A DNA stretch of 64,000 nucleotides, from contig JAUCBJ010005876.1 in the NCBI GenBank assembly GCA_032718475.1, positions 1 through 64,000 of the forward strand, given 5' to 3'. How positions within the stretch are numbered: the first letter of the stretch is position 1; each line of letters begins with the position of its first letter. The position numbers and the translations under genes were made by a program. Origin of the DNA: Nemertoderma westbladi. Lineage: Eukaryota; Animalia; Xenacoelomorpha. Shown piece after piece: positions 38,534 to 52,508 of the stretch. Below the pieces are notes generated by a model. It searched no databases. It had not been told where the DNA came from and saw only the letters and a list, made by a program, of their open reading frames with translations.

Positions 38534-39360
38534 ATACTATTGGTGTTGGAAGGCGACACCGACGAGTGAAGGCCGACACCCTCTGGTGAAGGCTGACACA
38601 CACTGGTGGAGGCTGATACACACTGGTGGAGGCTGACACCAACTGGTGAAGGCTGACACCCACTGGTGAAGGCTGACACTCACTGGTGAAGGCCAATACC
38701 AACCGGTGAAGGATGACACCCACTGGTGAAGACCAATACCAACTGGTGAAGGCTGACACCCACTGCGGTGAAGGCTGAAACCCACTGGTGAAGGCTGACA
38801 CCCACTCTGGTGAAGGCCGACACCCACTGGTGAAGGTCAATACCAACCGGTGAATGCTGACACCCACTGGTGAAGGCCAATACCAACCGGTGAAGGCTGA
38901 CACCCACTGGTGAAGGCCAATACCAACTGGTGAAGGCTGACACCCACTGCGGTGAAGGCTGACACCCACTGGTGAAGGCTGACACCCACTCTGGTGAAGG
39001 CCGACACCCACTGGTGAAGGCTGACACCCACGGGTGAAGGCTGACACCAACTGGTGAAGGCTGATAGCTTTACACTCACTGGTGAAGGCTGACAGCTTTA
39101 CACTCACTGGTGAAGGCTGACGGCTTTACACTCACTGGTGAAGACCATGGCTGACACCCACTGCGGTGAAGGCCGAGACCCACTGGTGAAGGTTCACACC
39201 AACTGGTGAAGGCTGACACCCACTGGCGAAGGCTGACACCCATTGGTGAAGACCGAAGCCCACTTGTGAATTCCGATACCGTAGAGCTTCAACACAACCT
39301 CTTCGATAAATTTCAACATCGACGGCGTGGCGGGTGTCGGCCTTCAATGTCAATAACTAT
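38534..39360. repeat. ~20-bp minisatellite (CCCACTGGTGAAGGCTGACA) inside an inverted-repeat-bounded element
   Basis: Roughly 33 variable units at ~38565-39270; TGAAGGCCGACACC on the left is inverted as GGTGTCGGCCTTCA near 39333. Confidence 0.85.
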
Positions 39361-41009
39361 GCAATAGTCTTTAAATATCTCTTGGCAATTTCCATCAATA
39401 GTTCTGCCATCATAACCTTATCCTCATCGTATATGTTGCAAATGTAAATAACGGCAATTTAAATCAAAATGTGCTCCAGGTGCGTAGTAGCCAATGACTC
39501 TTGAAACCTCACTGCCCAAACACAATATATGTTGTACGTAAAATACACATAACTTAACGAGATAAGCGTGCAATGTCATCAAGTTGTTAATCAAAAGATG
39601 ATAAAAACTGAAAAGTTATCCAGTGCCTGTTGATGTCACGTGTTCCTATCAAACTGTTGGACTACTGACTGATGGGTTCAATGCGAAGTGAATCATAACC
39701 CTTGAACGACGGAGGCTACTCAACCTGAGTGTCTGTCTGCACACAGAAGCTGAATACCAAAGACAAGGGGTATGCGATTGTCGTGCCTTTAATCGTTGCA
39801 GCTGACGGTGCGGCCTTGGTATGTTAAATGTGCCTTTTTGGCATACGGACTATGAGCTGAGGCATTCCCTATTTTCTTTGTCTCAGAATACTACTAATAA
39901 GCCTAAACACCATAACGCTTATACCGTGCGGGTGTATTATACAACAAGACATTCACAACCGTACGCAATTCTTTAATTATAAAATAGTTTTGGCATCAAA
40001 ATATTTTCGGCCACCTGACAGGAACATTCTGTGCGTTACTACAAATATCTCTACAGGGGAATAGTCTTTATTGTTCAATTTGATACTGCTGTAGTTCTAA
40101 TATTCTATAATTATAAAGGGTCAAAATCGCAAACTGAACACTGTAATATGTAATCGTCATGGTTCTTACGATTCTTCAAATCCTAAAGGAAGAATCACGT
40201 ATAATAATCAAACTCCGTTTATATCAATAACAATAACACAATTATAATAACGATTTAAATATCAACTTTGGTATAAGATCATCATTAATAAGATCTAAAG
40301 CTATAGTTCTAAAGTTCGACTGGAAACTATAAAAATAATGTAAATCTATGTAAAATAGTGTTTGTTAATGCAGCTCGTTTGTTTTAAATAATCGGGTTAT
40401 AAGCTTTGGTACGGCTACTCCTACTGTATATATAATGGAATTATTCAGTAGTTTCAATTCAAGAATGGTTGATTGGAACTTTGTCTCGCTGGAGTGCAGT
40501 ACAGTAGTTGTTATGTAATCGGAAAAAATCTATAAGGTTTTATTCATTGTACATTTAAATACGGTCGCGGTAGGATTTCGGCTTCACCGGACGTAGCAGG
40601 GTGTAGCCGGTAATTAATTCCGTTTTAACTTCACTGTGTAATATAATATGAGCAGTGAGCAGAGGGGTGATTAACGCAATATGTACGCACAAGTGCGGTG
40701 CAGTGTTTAAACGCCGTGGAATAAGTAATTTAGTTAAAAATAATCCAGATAGTGTCGCAATTCAGTGACTTGGACTCTATACAAATAGTAATGAGATTGC
40801 ATGATATGATATGAGTGTGTTTCAGTTTCACCTCCCTCCGCTTTTAGTGGGTGGGTGAGTCAGAATTTATATTTTTGCTTTCATTCTAAATATGTAACAC
40901 AGTATACTTCACTCACAAACATAAGTTCTATGATAACAACCAAAACAAAAAACAGGTGTTCAGTAGACAGTAGCATCTTCATCTTCATCAGTACCGGTAC
41001 ACTACACCG

Positions 41010-44000
41010 GTACTGTGTGCACCATTGCCGGACCCCTGTAGCTAGCACAGCAGAGTAGCACAATCAATGACATCAATTTAATCTGGAATGTAGCGAGGAA
41101 CCTTGTTGGCTACTGTGTAGCACCATTACCGTACCCCAGTAGCTAGCACAGCAGAGTAGCACAATCAATGACATCAATTTAATCTGGAATGTAGCGAGGA
41201 ACCTTGTTGGCTACTGTGTAGCACCATTACCGGACCCCAGTAGCTAGCACAGCAGAGTAGCACAATCAATGACATCAATTTAATCTGGAATGTAGCGAGG
41301 AATCTTGTTGGCTACTGTGTACCACCATTACCGTACCCCAGTAGCTAGCACAGCAGAGTAGCACAATCAATGACATCAATTTAATCTGGAATGTAGCGAG
41401 GAACCTTGTTGGCTACTGTGTAGCACCATTACCGTACCCCAGTAGCTAGCACAGCAGAGTAGCACAATCAATGACATCAATTTAATCTGGAATGTAGCGA
41501 GGAACCTTGTTGGCTACTGTGTAGCACCATTACCGGACCCCAGTAGCTAGCACAGCAGAGTAGCACAATCAATGACATCAATTTAATCTGGAATGTAGCC
41601 AGGAATCTTGTTGGCTACTGTGTACCACCATTACCGTACCCCAGTAGCTAGCACAGCAGAGTAGCACAATCAATTACATCAATTTAATCTGGAATGTAGC
41701 GAGGAACCTTGTTGGCTACTGTGTAGCACCATTACCGTACCCCAGTAGCTAGCACAGCAGAGTAGCACAATCAATGACATCAATTTAATCTGGAATGTAG
41801 CGAGGAACCTTGTTGGCTACTGTGTAGCACCATTACCGTACCCCAGTAGCTAGCACAGCAGAGTAGCACAATCAATGACATCAATTTAATCTGGAATGTA
41901 GCGAGGAACCTTGTTGGCTACTGTGTAGCACCATTACCGTACCCCAGTAGCTAGCACAGCAGAGTAGCACAATCAATGACATCAATTTAATCTGGAATGT
42001 AGCGAGGAACCTTGTTGGCTACTGTGTAGCACCATTACCGGACCCCAGTAGCTAGCACAGCAGAGTAGCACAATCAATGACATCAATTTAATCTGGAATG
42101 TAGCGAGGAACCTTGTTGGCTACTGTGTAGCACCATTACCGTACCCCAGTAGCTAGCACAGCAGAGTAGCACAATCAATGACATCAATTTAATCTGGAAT
42201 GTAGCGAGGAACCTTGTTGGCTACTGTGTAGCACCATTACCGTACCCCAGTAGCTAGCACAGCAGAGTAGCACAATCAATGACATCAATTTAATCTGGAA
42301 TGTAGCGAGGAACCTTGTTGGCTACTGTGTAGCACCATTACCGGACCCCAGTAGCTAGCACAGCAGAGTAGCACAATCAATGACATCAATTTAATCTGGA
42401 ATGTAGCGAGGAACCTTGTTGGCTACTGTGTAGCACCATTACCGTACCCCAGTAGCTAGCACAGTAGAGTAGCACAATCAATGACATCAATTTAATCTGT
42501 GATGTAGCGAGGAACCTTGTTGGCTACTGTGTACCACCATTACCGGACCCCAGTAGCTAGCACAGTAGAGTAGCACAATCAATGACATCAATTTAATCTG
42601 GAATGTAGCGAGGAACCTTGTTGGCTACTGTGTAGCACCATTACCGTACCCCAGTAGCTAGCACAGTAGAGTAGCACAATCAATGACATCAATTTAATCT
42701 GGAATGTAGCGAGGAACCTTGTTGGCTACTGTGTAGCACCATTACCGGACCCCAGTAGCTAGCACAGAAGAGTGGCACAATCAATGACATCAATTTAATC
42801 TGGAATGTAGCGAGGAACCTTGTTGGCTACTGTGTAGCACCATTAGCGGACCCCGCAGTAGCTAGCACAGTAGAGTAGCACAATCAATGACATCAATTTA
42901 ATCTGGAATGAATGTAGCGAGGAACCTTGTTGGCTACTGTGTAGCACCATTACCGTACCCCAGTAGCTAGCACAGCAGAGTAGCACAATCAATGACATCA
43001 ATTTAATCTGGAATGTAGCGAGGAATCTTGTTGGCTACTGTGTACCACCATTACCGGACCCCAGTAGCTAGCACAGTAGAGTAGCACAATCAATGACATC
43101 AATTTAATCTGGAATGTAGCGAGGAACCTTGTTGGCTACTGTGTAGCACCATTACCGTACCCCAGTAGCTAGCACAGTAGAGTAGCACAATCAATGACAT
43201 CAATTTAATCTGGAATGTAGCGAGGAACCTTGTTGGCTACTGTGTAGCACCATTACCGGACCCCAGTAGCTAGCACAGAAGAGTGGCACAATCAATGACA
43301 TCAATTTAATCTGGAATGTAGCGAGGAACCTTGTTGGCTACTGTGTAGCACCATTAGCGGACCCCGCAGTAGCTAGCACAGTAGAGTAGCACAATCAATG
43401 ACATCAATTTAATCTGGAATGAATGTAGCGAGGAACCTTGTTGGCTACTGTGTAGTACCATTACCGTACCCCAGTAGCTAGCACAGTAGAGTAGCACAAT
43501 CAATGACATCAATTTAATCTGGAATGTAGCGAGGAACCTTGTTGGCTACCGTGTAGCACCATTACCGGACCCCAGTAGCTAGCACAGTAGAGTGGCACAA
43601 TCAATGACATCAATTTAATCTGGAATGAATGTAGCGAGGAACCTTGTTGGCTACTGTGTAGCACCATTACCGGACCCCAGTAGCTAGCACAGTAGAGTAG
43701 CACAATCAATGACATCAATTTAATCTGGAATGTAGCGAGGAACCTTGTTGGCTACTGTGTAGCACCATTACCGTACCCCAGTAGCTAGCACAGTAGAGTA
43801 GCACAATCAATGACATCAATTTAATCTGGAATGTAGCGAGGAACCTTGTTGGCTACTGTGTAGCACCATTACCGTACCCCAGTAGCTAGCACAGTAGAGT
43901 AGCACAATCAATGACATCAATTTAATCTGGAATGTAGCGAGGAACCTTGTTGGCTACTGTGTAGCACCATTACCGGACCCCAGTAGCTAGCACAGAAGAG

Positions 44001-44467
44001 TGGCACAATCAATGACATCAATTTAATCTGGAATGTAGCGAGGAACCTTGTTGGCTACCGTGTAACACCATTAGCGGACCCCGCAGTAGCTAGCACAGTA
44101 GAGTAGCACAATCAATGACATCAATTTAATCTGGAATGTAGCGAGGAACCTTGTTGGCTACTGTGTAGCACCATTACCGTACCCCAGTAGCTAGCACAGT
44201 AGAGTAGCACAATCAATGACATCAATTTAATCTGGAATGTAGCGAGGAACCTTGTTGGCTACTGTGTAGCACCATTACCATACCCCAGTAGCTAGCACAG
44301 TAGAGTAGCACAATCAATGACATCAATTTAATCTGGAATGTAGCGAGGAACCTTGTTGGCTACTGTGTAGCACCATTACCGTACCCCAGTAGCTAGCACA
44401 GTATAATAGCACAATCAATTACAGTACATCAATTTAATCTGGAATGTAGCGAGGAACCTTGTTGGCT
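41010..44467. repeat. 101-bp tandem satellite, ~34 copies
   Basis: Unit CATTACCGTACCCCAGTAGCTAGCACAGCAGAGTAGCACAATCAATGACATCAATTTAATCTGGAATGTAGCGAGGAACCTTGTTGGCTACTGTGTAGCAC. Confidence 0.98.
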
Positions 44468-47400
44468 GTGTCTCTAGGGAGTTTGTGATTATTCATTTGA
44501 TATCTAGTGATTAGTAGATAATCGTGAAGCTGTAATGGGAACCGCAGGTGTGGTTATCATATAATTCCATAGAAATAATAAATTATATGTGGCCCCCGGT
44601 GAGATTCCTGATCAAACCGGACTACATAACCAATAGTACCGGCATATGCGGAACATCTCCCTTAAGTACAGACAGAGACCCTTACTTGTTCGTTCACAAA
44701 CAACCATACCCCTACTGTTTAGGGTTTACGATTTTTAGCAGTCAAGCACATGGGTTGGGTGTTCTCGATTCTAGACAAAACTCTTTCTTCTTTGATGTGC
44801 AAATCTAAACTGGAAAAATATACTTTATCAGTTTAAAAGATACAATAATATCCGAAATAAGAAATTCCCTATAGGATCACATTTGGCAGAAAAATCTAAA
44901 TTTTAGGTGCCACACAAGAAACTTGTGTGTATAAAAAAAGATACCTACATAATTCATCCATACATCGTATATTTTTATTTTAGTACAAAATTACCACTTG
45001 CATCGGTGTCCTTTGGGGGGGGGGGGGGGGGGGGGGATCAACATTATATATGAGGTGGGCAACTGTTTATAAACTTTACATGTGTGTAAAATTGGGAACT
45101 GTTACGGTTTTGAGATAAAGTTCCTCGAAAATGGAACATAACTTTAGTAACATCTCACCGCATTGATATACAAATATATTATGGGTGATTGATTAATAAT
45201 TGTTAAGAAGGTTAATAGAACCATAGCAGCACTTACCAACTTACACCTGAATTTAGAGCGATTTAAGTGAATTTGTAGAATAGGATTTACATATTTTTAA
45301 ACTTTGGTAAAGGTAGGATGAGAGATCGATGTTAATGTTCGGGGATTATATTGGAATTTTATTAGTGTATTTTAATCATTGTTGCAATCATATTAATAAT
45401 AAGAAATCATTTTCAGGTGTTTTACTTGCCGCCGCGTGTGGTAGGCAAATGTTTAAGGGACCGCCAACAATTAGTCCTATCAAAGCATCGTGTAAGTAAT
45501 ATATCCCGACACGCATAGCTACAATAATCTTATCAATTTCGCCGCTAAATTGGCCGTTGGAAGGAGAATAAACTCGACATTCTTTGCGAGTAACGAACAA
45601 AGTAGGCCTAATGCTTTAGCCCCAGCTAATTCAGCATACCGCCCACAGGATACCTTTAGTTCCTAGATTAATAAACGCTGCGATGGCTAAATAAAACACA
45701 ATCGCAACGCCGTCCTTGCTCTATCGTTCCCACCATTGAACTTTTTAGATTTGTTGAGGGGAAATCAAACCGCGCTATTGTCCATTCTGTTATTAAAAGT
45801 TGTTTTTGTAATAATTGGCGTCCGATTTTGTGGATGTATTTTCATGGTCATCTCTATCTATTTGTTGACATATTTGGCAACTAAACTAATATCATCACTG
45901 TGACAGCTAAATGACAAGGACCATGTGGCGTGCGTCTCTGTTTTAGTTTATCGATAAAAGTAATTTACTTCACATTGTTACGTTTCCCTCAAAATTGTGA
46001 GGATGACCCATTTACCTTCAACAAATGATAGCGCTGAAACTATTGTTCCTTAATGTGGTTTGATATGTTTTCATATCCGTGGCTCCAGCCCTAGCGTATG
46101 CCACTGTGACATTTGAAAATTATTTTTAATAAAGTTGAACGTTAAAGATATTCGTATCATTTAAGCGTGCAGTTATGAAGGAACATAAAACCATTTAAGG
46201 GACAGAAATATACAAATCAATGGACGAGGCCTTTGAATGGGTGTCACATTCACTTCACATAATGTGAACGCTAGTCCACCCTTTAGGAGCCAATACAATA
46301 ACAATTTATTCTTACTTGTAAATGTTGAGGTGCAATTTTATACCATTTTTAGACGGGCCCTCTTTAAACAGTTTTATTAATTGCTGTATACTGACTGACC
46401 ATTGCGATCGTAAATAGAAGCATCAGTTATTGAAATATATCCTAATAGCTCGAGAATGTATGCACCCGTAGGCCAACGAGCGCGGGCAACCATGCACGAC
46501 GCAAGGCCTCCCAGTAGCCGCAGAGCCGTCTCTACAGACAAACGGACACTAGCAGCTGCGTTGTTAGTCGGCCTACTCACTCATCCAACTGCACGCTAGA
46601 CTTGACATAACACACTAGAGGTTCTAGTTTATAAGAACTATCCAACTTCTATTGGTGCCCGCCTTGCAAGGTAACAAAGGCCTTTGTGTACCCATCAGGG
46701 CTACTGTTACCGGCATTTATTCTCGACCTGTTTGTTAGTGCATATTTTAGATGCTTAGAAGCGCGATTATTGTATGATTGTGGGTCAGTGAACGGCGATA
46801 CAGGGATGAAACCCCAGGTGGTCAGCCTGCATTGCAATAAACTGCAGTTTGTAGACATTTTTACATAAATATTTTTCTCAGGTAGAAAAATATATTCAAC
46901 GGACGTTTAAAAACATAATATTTAACAACTAGTCCAAGAATGATTCATTTTACCAATTACAAAGCGGAAATATTTCCATTTAATTAAAAATATATCGAAC
47001 AATTTTGCCACAGACTTTTATCTGATTCTGTTCAATAATTTACCAACAAGTATAAACATACTTTAACGCTGGTGAATAGTTGAGTAGTAGTAGGTGAGTA
47101 GTGAACTAGTTGATCGAAGCCAAAACCGCCAAGGAATAATTGGTCAATCACTCTCGTGAGACTTGAAGAGGTCAATTCGATACAGGCATTACTGAACAAT
47201 AAACTGATAAAACCGGGATAATCATTCCATGAGCTTCGTTGGCGCCCAAAACCTTTAGCCCCAATCTGGGATCGGATGACAGCTAGATAAATGATTACAT
47301 CAAACCGGGGCCAGTTGCACTAAAACCCGCTATATCGGCTGAGCCACATTGCCGACTATCTGCCGCGATCAAAGTCCACGAAAAGCCCATCTATCTATGT

Positions 47401-50400
47401 CGCTATCAACGACAGTATCCCCCCTCCCCGCACACCGACACTCATCATCTTTGCCTCAGTACATTTGAATTGCATTTCCTTTTCGGTCCGATGCACAGCC
47501 CAGCACGGCGCACACAGCCCCAAGGTGCTCAAAGGCTAAGGGCAGGTAAGCGATCAAGATTGCTACAAACAATCTTCAAACAAGGCAGAGGGCCGCTTTC
47601 CTGTTGTTTGGAGTAGTTGTTCTTCTGATACGACCCCGCAGGTGGATCCAATTTCGACGATATCTTGCGATAGCTAGCCTAAACTTATCTTACTCTTCGC
47701 TACCAATGCATCTCTATTGACTTATAATTTTTTATTTGAATTGCTAATTGGCAACTGATTGTGATTGTGAGTGTGACATGATAGATATAGCTAGGATTGT
47801 AGATAAGTTTTGCATTGTACCTTATCTATGCGTCTGTTACTACAGATGAACATTTTTTCGGAGAATGAATCTTAACCGAGTTGGAAACTTGCGTGACATA
47901 ATTTAAAAAGTTGATATGCACTATGCACTTCAATATGCACTTACTGAGTATTTATTTGTTGAAAGAATGTTTGTCTCTTCTCTTTACTTACTCTGTTTCT
48001 GGCTGCATGCCAGTGTACGAAATAAATAATAATAAAAAGGCATATGTCAATATTTTGAAAACAGAGATGAATATGCAAAAACATTGGGATATGCCATGAC
48101 AAAGGTATAATAATGTAATTTCCTACACTGGTCATAAAACTTTAAAGTATTTCATTGCAGTAAGTGGACTCAGTATAACGTCCTATATTGCTCTTTCCTC
48201 CTTTGAAATATTATCTTCAGCGTTGAGCCATGTTTTGCCGACACCACTGCGTCGACGGTATCAATTTTATTCCAACCCCCTTGACCGAAACCGCATAATT
48301 ACCTAACGTCTAAATTTACATTTAAAGTGGAAATAATCGGTTTCTGTGTTCATTCTGAAATAATATATCGGCGAGAAAACATGGACATAGTAATCCAAAG
48401 TAACCAATAAACCCGTTAAATTTGTAACATTGCGACAAAAATTCCTCAGACGTTGTTTCCCAGAGAGACTTGTAGCCCTCGTCCTCGACGCAAAACACTA
48501 AGAACTTCCAAACCCGCCATGGTCTATTAAAACGTTAGATTACTTACCGTTGTTGCTAACTCACTTCTTAATATTAATTCATTTGATTTCGCCTAATAAT
48601 TATCATTCGGGCGCAAGATAACCTAAAGCGATAATAACATTTTGTCAGAACGCCTCTCACGTACTTGTCATGGTATATCACGCTGAAACAAAGCTTTGTT
48701 TTTATGAGAGTTTCGGAAGCACAGCAGATTGGAGATATTAAAAATTCAAGATATAACTTATTTTAGACTGGACTTGTATTATGCAAATAGACTCCGGCCT
48801 GTTGCCTCCTCCTACCCGGGACAAATCAAAAACAATTATAATATATTCAACAACCATGTGTTTTGTTGAACAAACGAAGTAGGGCCTACACCGTATATGG
48901 GGAGCATCACACATTCAACGCAAGGAGCTACGTTGTTTATAGGTTAACAATTGGACGGTGGTGGCGCGCTATCAACCTTCGTATACATAAATTATAAAGC
49001 AAATCCTCAGACTTTGCTTGGGGGTCGTCAACAGATGTTACATTAAAGTCCAATGCAATCTATTCGAAACACTGTTGATAGAAAGTATACGGAATTGTAA
49101 AGTTGTTTGCGGGGGGTGCATCACATTAAATGAACCCAAGACCGGACTCACTTCTAAAGTAAGTTGTGATGAACGTGTTAACAGACCCCACGTTGAGAAG
49201 AGATTCGCGATTTGCACCATAATTGAACAAAACTTTGTAGATTACCCAGTTGCCCAAACTCATATCGATTCATTGTTCCTATTGATCTGATTTATCAACG
49301 CAGGGTTCTTTCTTGGCCTCAAACATTATGTAGACCACTCGGTTTAATCCCTGCCTGTTGAGGTTTTTAGCTCCGGATTAAGAAACAGCATGGGCCTTAA
49401 TAATTGCTTCCAGGAGGAATTAAGGGCGTCATTTTTTGGAATTTCTAGTTCGTTGCTTTAAATAGAGCCCGATCTATAGACGCGCGTCAAATCGTCCTAT
49501 TCAAGTGTCTTTTTGTCGAGTTCCAAGTGGACAGTCACAAGAGACGTGTAAACATTTCCTGATCAATAAAGGGGTAACGCGATTGCAATGCGGAAATTGG
49601 TACCGGTAAGGCTGTTAATGACATATCCTGTCTGTGTTAACTCGATGTTGCGAGTGCAGGGTGAGAGAATGACCGGCACTTATTGATTGCTGCGTGAGTG
49701 GATTCTACACCGTTTAACTGTTACTCACACACATATTACGCCTCGGTAAATGGTAATGTAGTTTGTGAAGATTATAGGGAAGTTAAAACGCATTTATGGC
49801 GATATCGGTAAAGTTAATAATTGTTTTCAGGATGTGTGGATCACAGCACTTGGCACGGGCTCCCAAAGCTGCTCAACCAACAAGGGTCAGAACATGAAAC
49901 ACTGGGAATTTGACACTTTGATTTGATTGACTGTTCGATCCGCCGTTCCTTAGTAAACTTTGGCAATTGTCAGTAAAATATAGAATGCCTGCAAATTAAC
50001 AAACAGATCGTTTTTATTACTTATAATCTGCGTTGAGAACTGATTTAGCAAAGTCTGTTTTGACGTACAAATTTTCCGACTACCGACAATGGCCACATCC
50101 AGGTTGGAAGTCCCTAGCTCTCTATCATTTCCGAAAGAGGCACAAGATTAAATCGTCACAACAATCACCATTCGCACATGTCTTGCTTTTAATTTGTTAG
50201 TAATATTTGAAAAATTATTACTGTGTTTATCGCAGTTAAGGCAGAGTTAATCCTATATACCCTGCTCTGCAAATGGAGTTATGAAGTAGAATAACTTTAT
50301 AAAGCGACTGTAGATGTAGCGCCGTGACAAAGTGGCCTTTTTGCATCTGTTTTTCCGATCCTTGAGGTTCTATTTGAGCGGTTCGAGGCCAGTCGATCAG

Positions 50401-51225
50401 TAGATGGAACGCGACGAAGTACTTCCGTTGCCCAGGACGAAGCGTTTAAGCGAGCGCGTGATAAAATGTTGATTTCTTTACCTTGTTTGGAACTCGTGGC
50501 CCTTTGTACTCGGAATCAACCATCCGAGGGGAAACCATTATATACAACCAATTAAGCTCAACATCCTGACTCGAGGTTGCTTTGGGTGGCTGTAGCTATT
50601 GGTCCGTAGGCGAACCCCTATTAGCTACGTAGGATAAACTCCGCAATCGTTTTATATATAATCTTAGGCATTTTTTTTATTGAATCAATAAAACGAGGAA
50701 GGATGTATCGAAACTCGTGGTGGACATGTGGTACCGGTATTGTCGGCACCGGTAATAAATGGCGTCAGAAATACGCCCACTGGTGTAGTAAAAACGTAGG
50801 AAAATATTATAATATTCAATAAAAAACTAATTTATATTAGACGTTTATCTATCACTCCCCATCCCCTGAGTTAAAATCATACCAAAGAAATATAAAAAAT
50901 GTTTCGTTATCAAACTATTTAATTTATTTTCACAAATGAAACCTTTTTCTGGAGAGTATGGTTTTATTTAATATTGTAAACAAATTCCAAAAAAATATAA
51001 TAATGTTTTATTTGCAACAAAATAATGAAAAAAAAACAGAAAGTGAAAAATTAATTATTTATTAGTTGGGGGAAAAAATTGGCTGCAAAAAACATTAGTT
51101 GCAAAATGAATTTGTTTCACTATTCGCGAGGTTAATAAAAGGTCGAGAGAGGAGAGAATATTGAAGAAAATGTAATTTGAGAATGCGTAATTTTATTATA
51201 AAATTGATATTTTTGGTTGCTTTGT

Positions 51226-51903
51226 TATGGTGGCCCAGAAGGGACAACTTAAAAAATATTTCATGTCGAGAAAAAAAAAAAAAAAAAAACGAAACATTCA
51301 CGAAATTAGTTTTTGTCGTTTTTTTTACTGTATTTCACTACAAACTTTGCCGTAAACGAGCATTAACACCAGCCGGAATGTGTTTAAGAAGAATTCTAAC
51401 AGTTTCTCGGCGAAGGTTTATAAAGTGTCGACTCCATAAGCGTCGATGAAATTGTCCGATACCCACAATTAATTGCAGAAAATTCAACAAGTTCCGAATC
51501 TAACGCACGTAAGTACACGAGGAAGTGACTGCTCGTAACAACGGCTTCTAAGATTTAAATCAGCTCTACGTCGTTTACTTGTCCTATCGCTTATACAGTA
51601 GTTATTCCATGTTGCAATTTCAGTAGCACCCTTGTATCTCTAACAGTAAAACGTAGGTAATAATACGCGAAATTAAGATATCCATTTCTGGATTTACCAA
51701 AACAAGCATGTACGCCTAAAGTCTGTTTTAAATCTCCCTCTCAAAACCTTCCTTACTTAAAACAAAATTTCGTTTTTGTCGATTTTTTTTGTTGTAAAAT
51801 AAAAAAAAACGACAAAAACAAGAATTCATGAATAATTTGTTTTTGTCGTTTTTTTTTACTCGAAGTTAAATATTTTTTAAGTTGTCCCTTCTGGGGCACC
51901 ATA
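51226..51903. mobile_element. MITE with TATGGTG…CACCATA ends and perfect 6-bp TSD (IS3EU-like)
   Basis: 36-bp TIR with 1 mismatch (51226-51261 / 51868-51903); CTTTGT at 51220-51225 and 51904-51909. Confidence 0.85.
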
Positions 51904-52436
51904 CTTTGTTTATGATTGTTGATTTTATTTTTTAAAAGATACCAGTTAGTGTTAAAAGATAAATTGAGCTGCAGTATTTCACTATTGCTTCCATAATTAC
52001 TGCGATACTCTTGAACTCCTGAGACGCTCAAGGCTCAACTACATAAACCAATATTGGATATTGAGTTCCGTTTCGGAGTACGCCTTTGTAGACACTAAAG
52101 TTGCAATAACTTTTGAGTGTTTTCATTAATTTTGATTTTGTTTCTCAAATTACGTGCAAACCTGTTTAATTTCGATAGACTTTCAACACATGTAATAATA
52201 CAAATTAAGAAATTCCACCAAAAATATTTGCACATTTTTATATTTTACTTTTTTTATCTGAAAAAAAAATAAAATCATTGCAATCGTTTGGGTTACCTTT
52301 TTCCCTAGGGAAAAAATACGTCCTTTTTATCCCGATTTTGGGGTATATTCTAGGAAAGAGTAATAATTTAAGAATATAATATATCATATAATTCCACAAC
52401 TGGTGGGTGAATGAGAGGATTCATATTATTATATCT

Positions 52437-52508
52437 TCGTTGTGTTTCCAGACTGAGCGCCAGACTTCCAACCTGGAGGTCACCAGTTCGATCCCACTCG
52501 GACGCCAT
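52437..52508 (+). mobile_element. tRNA-derived SINE-like head
   Basis: CCAG-ACTTCCAAC-CTGG anticodon-arm-like stem and B box AGTTCGATCCC; D-arm degenerate. Confidence 0.45.

Noticed and set aside
38565-39270. CTGGTGAAGGC as a hammerhead core; ORFs across the array
   Set aside because: No stem II-GAAA arrangement; the ORFs are repeat artefacts.
41083-41105. TGGAATGTA in the 101-bp unit matches the start of miR-1
   Set aside because: Only 9 nt match, and no pre-miRNA hairpin with a complementary arm was seen.
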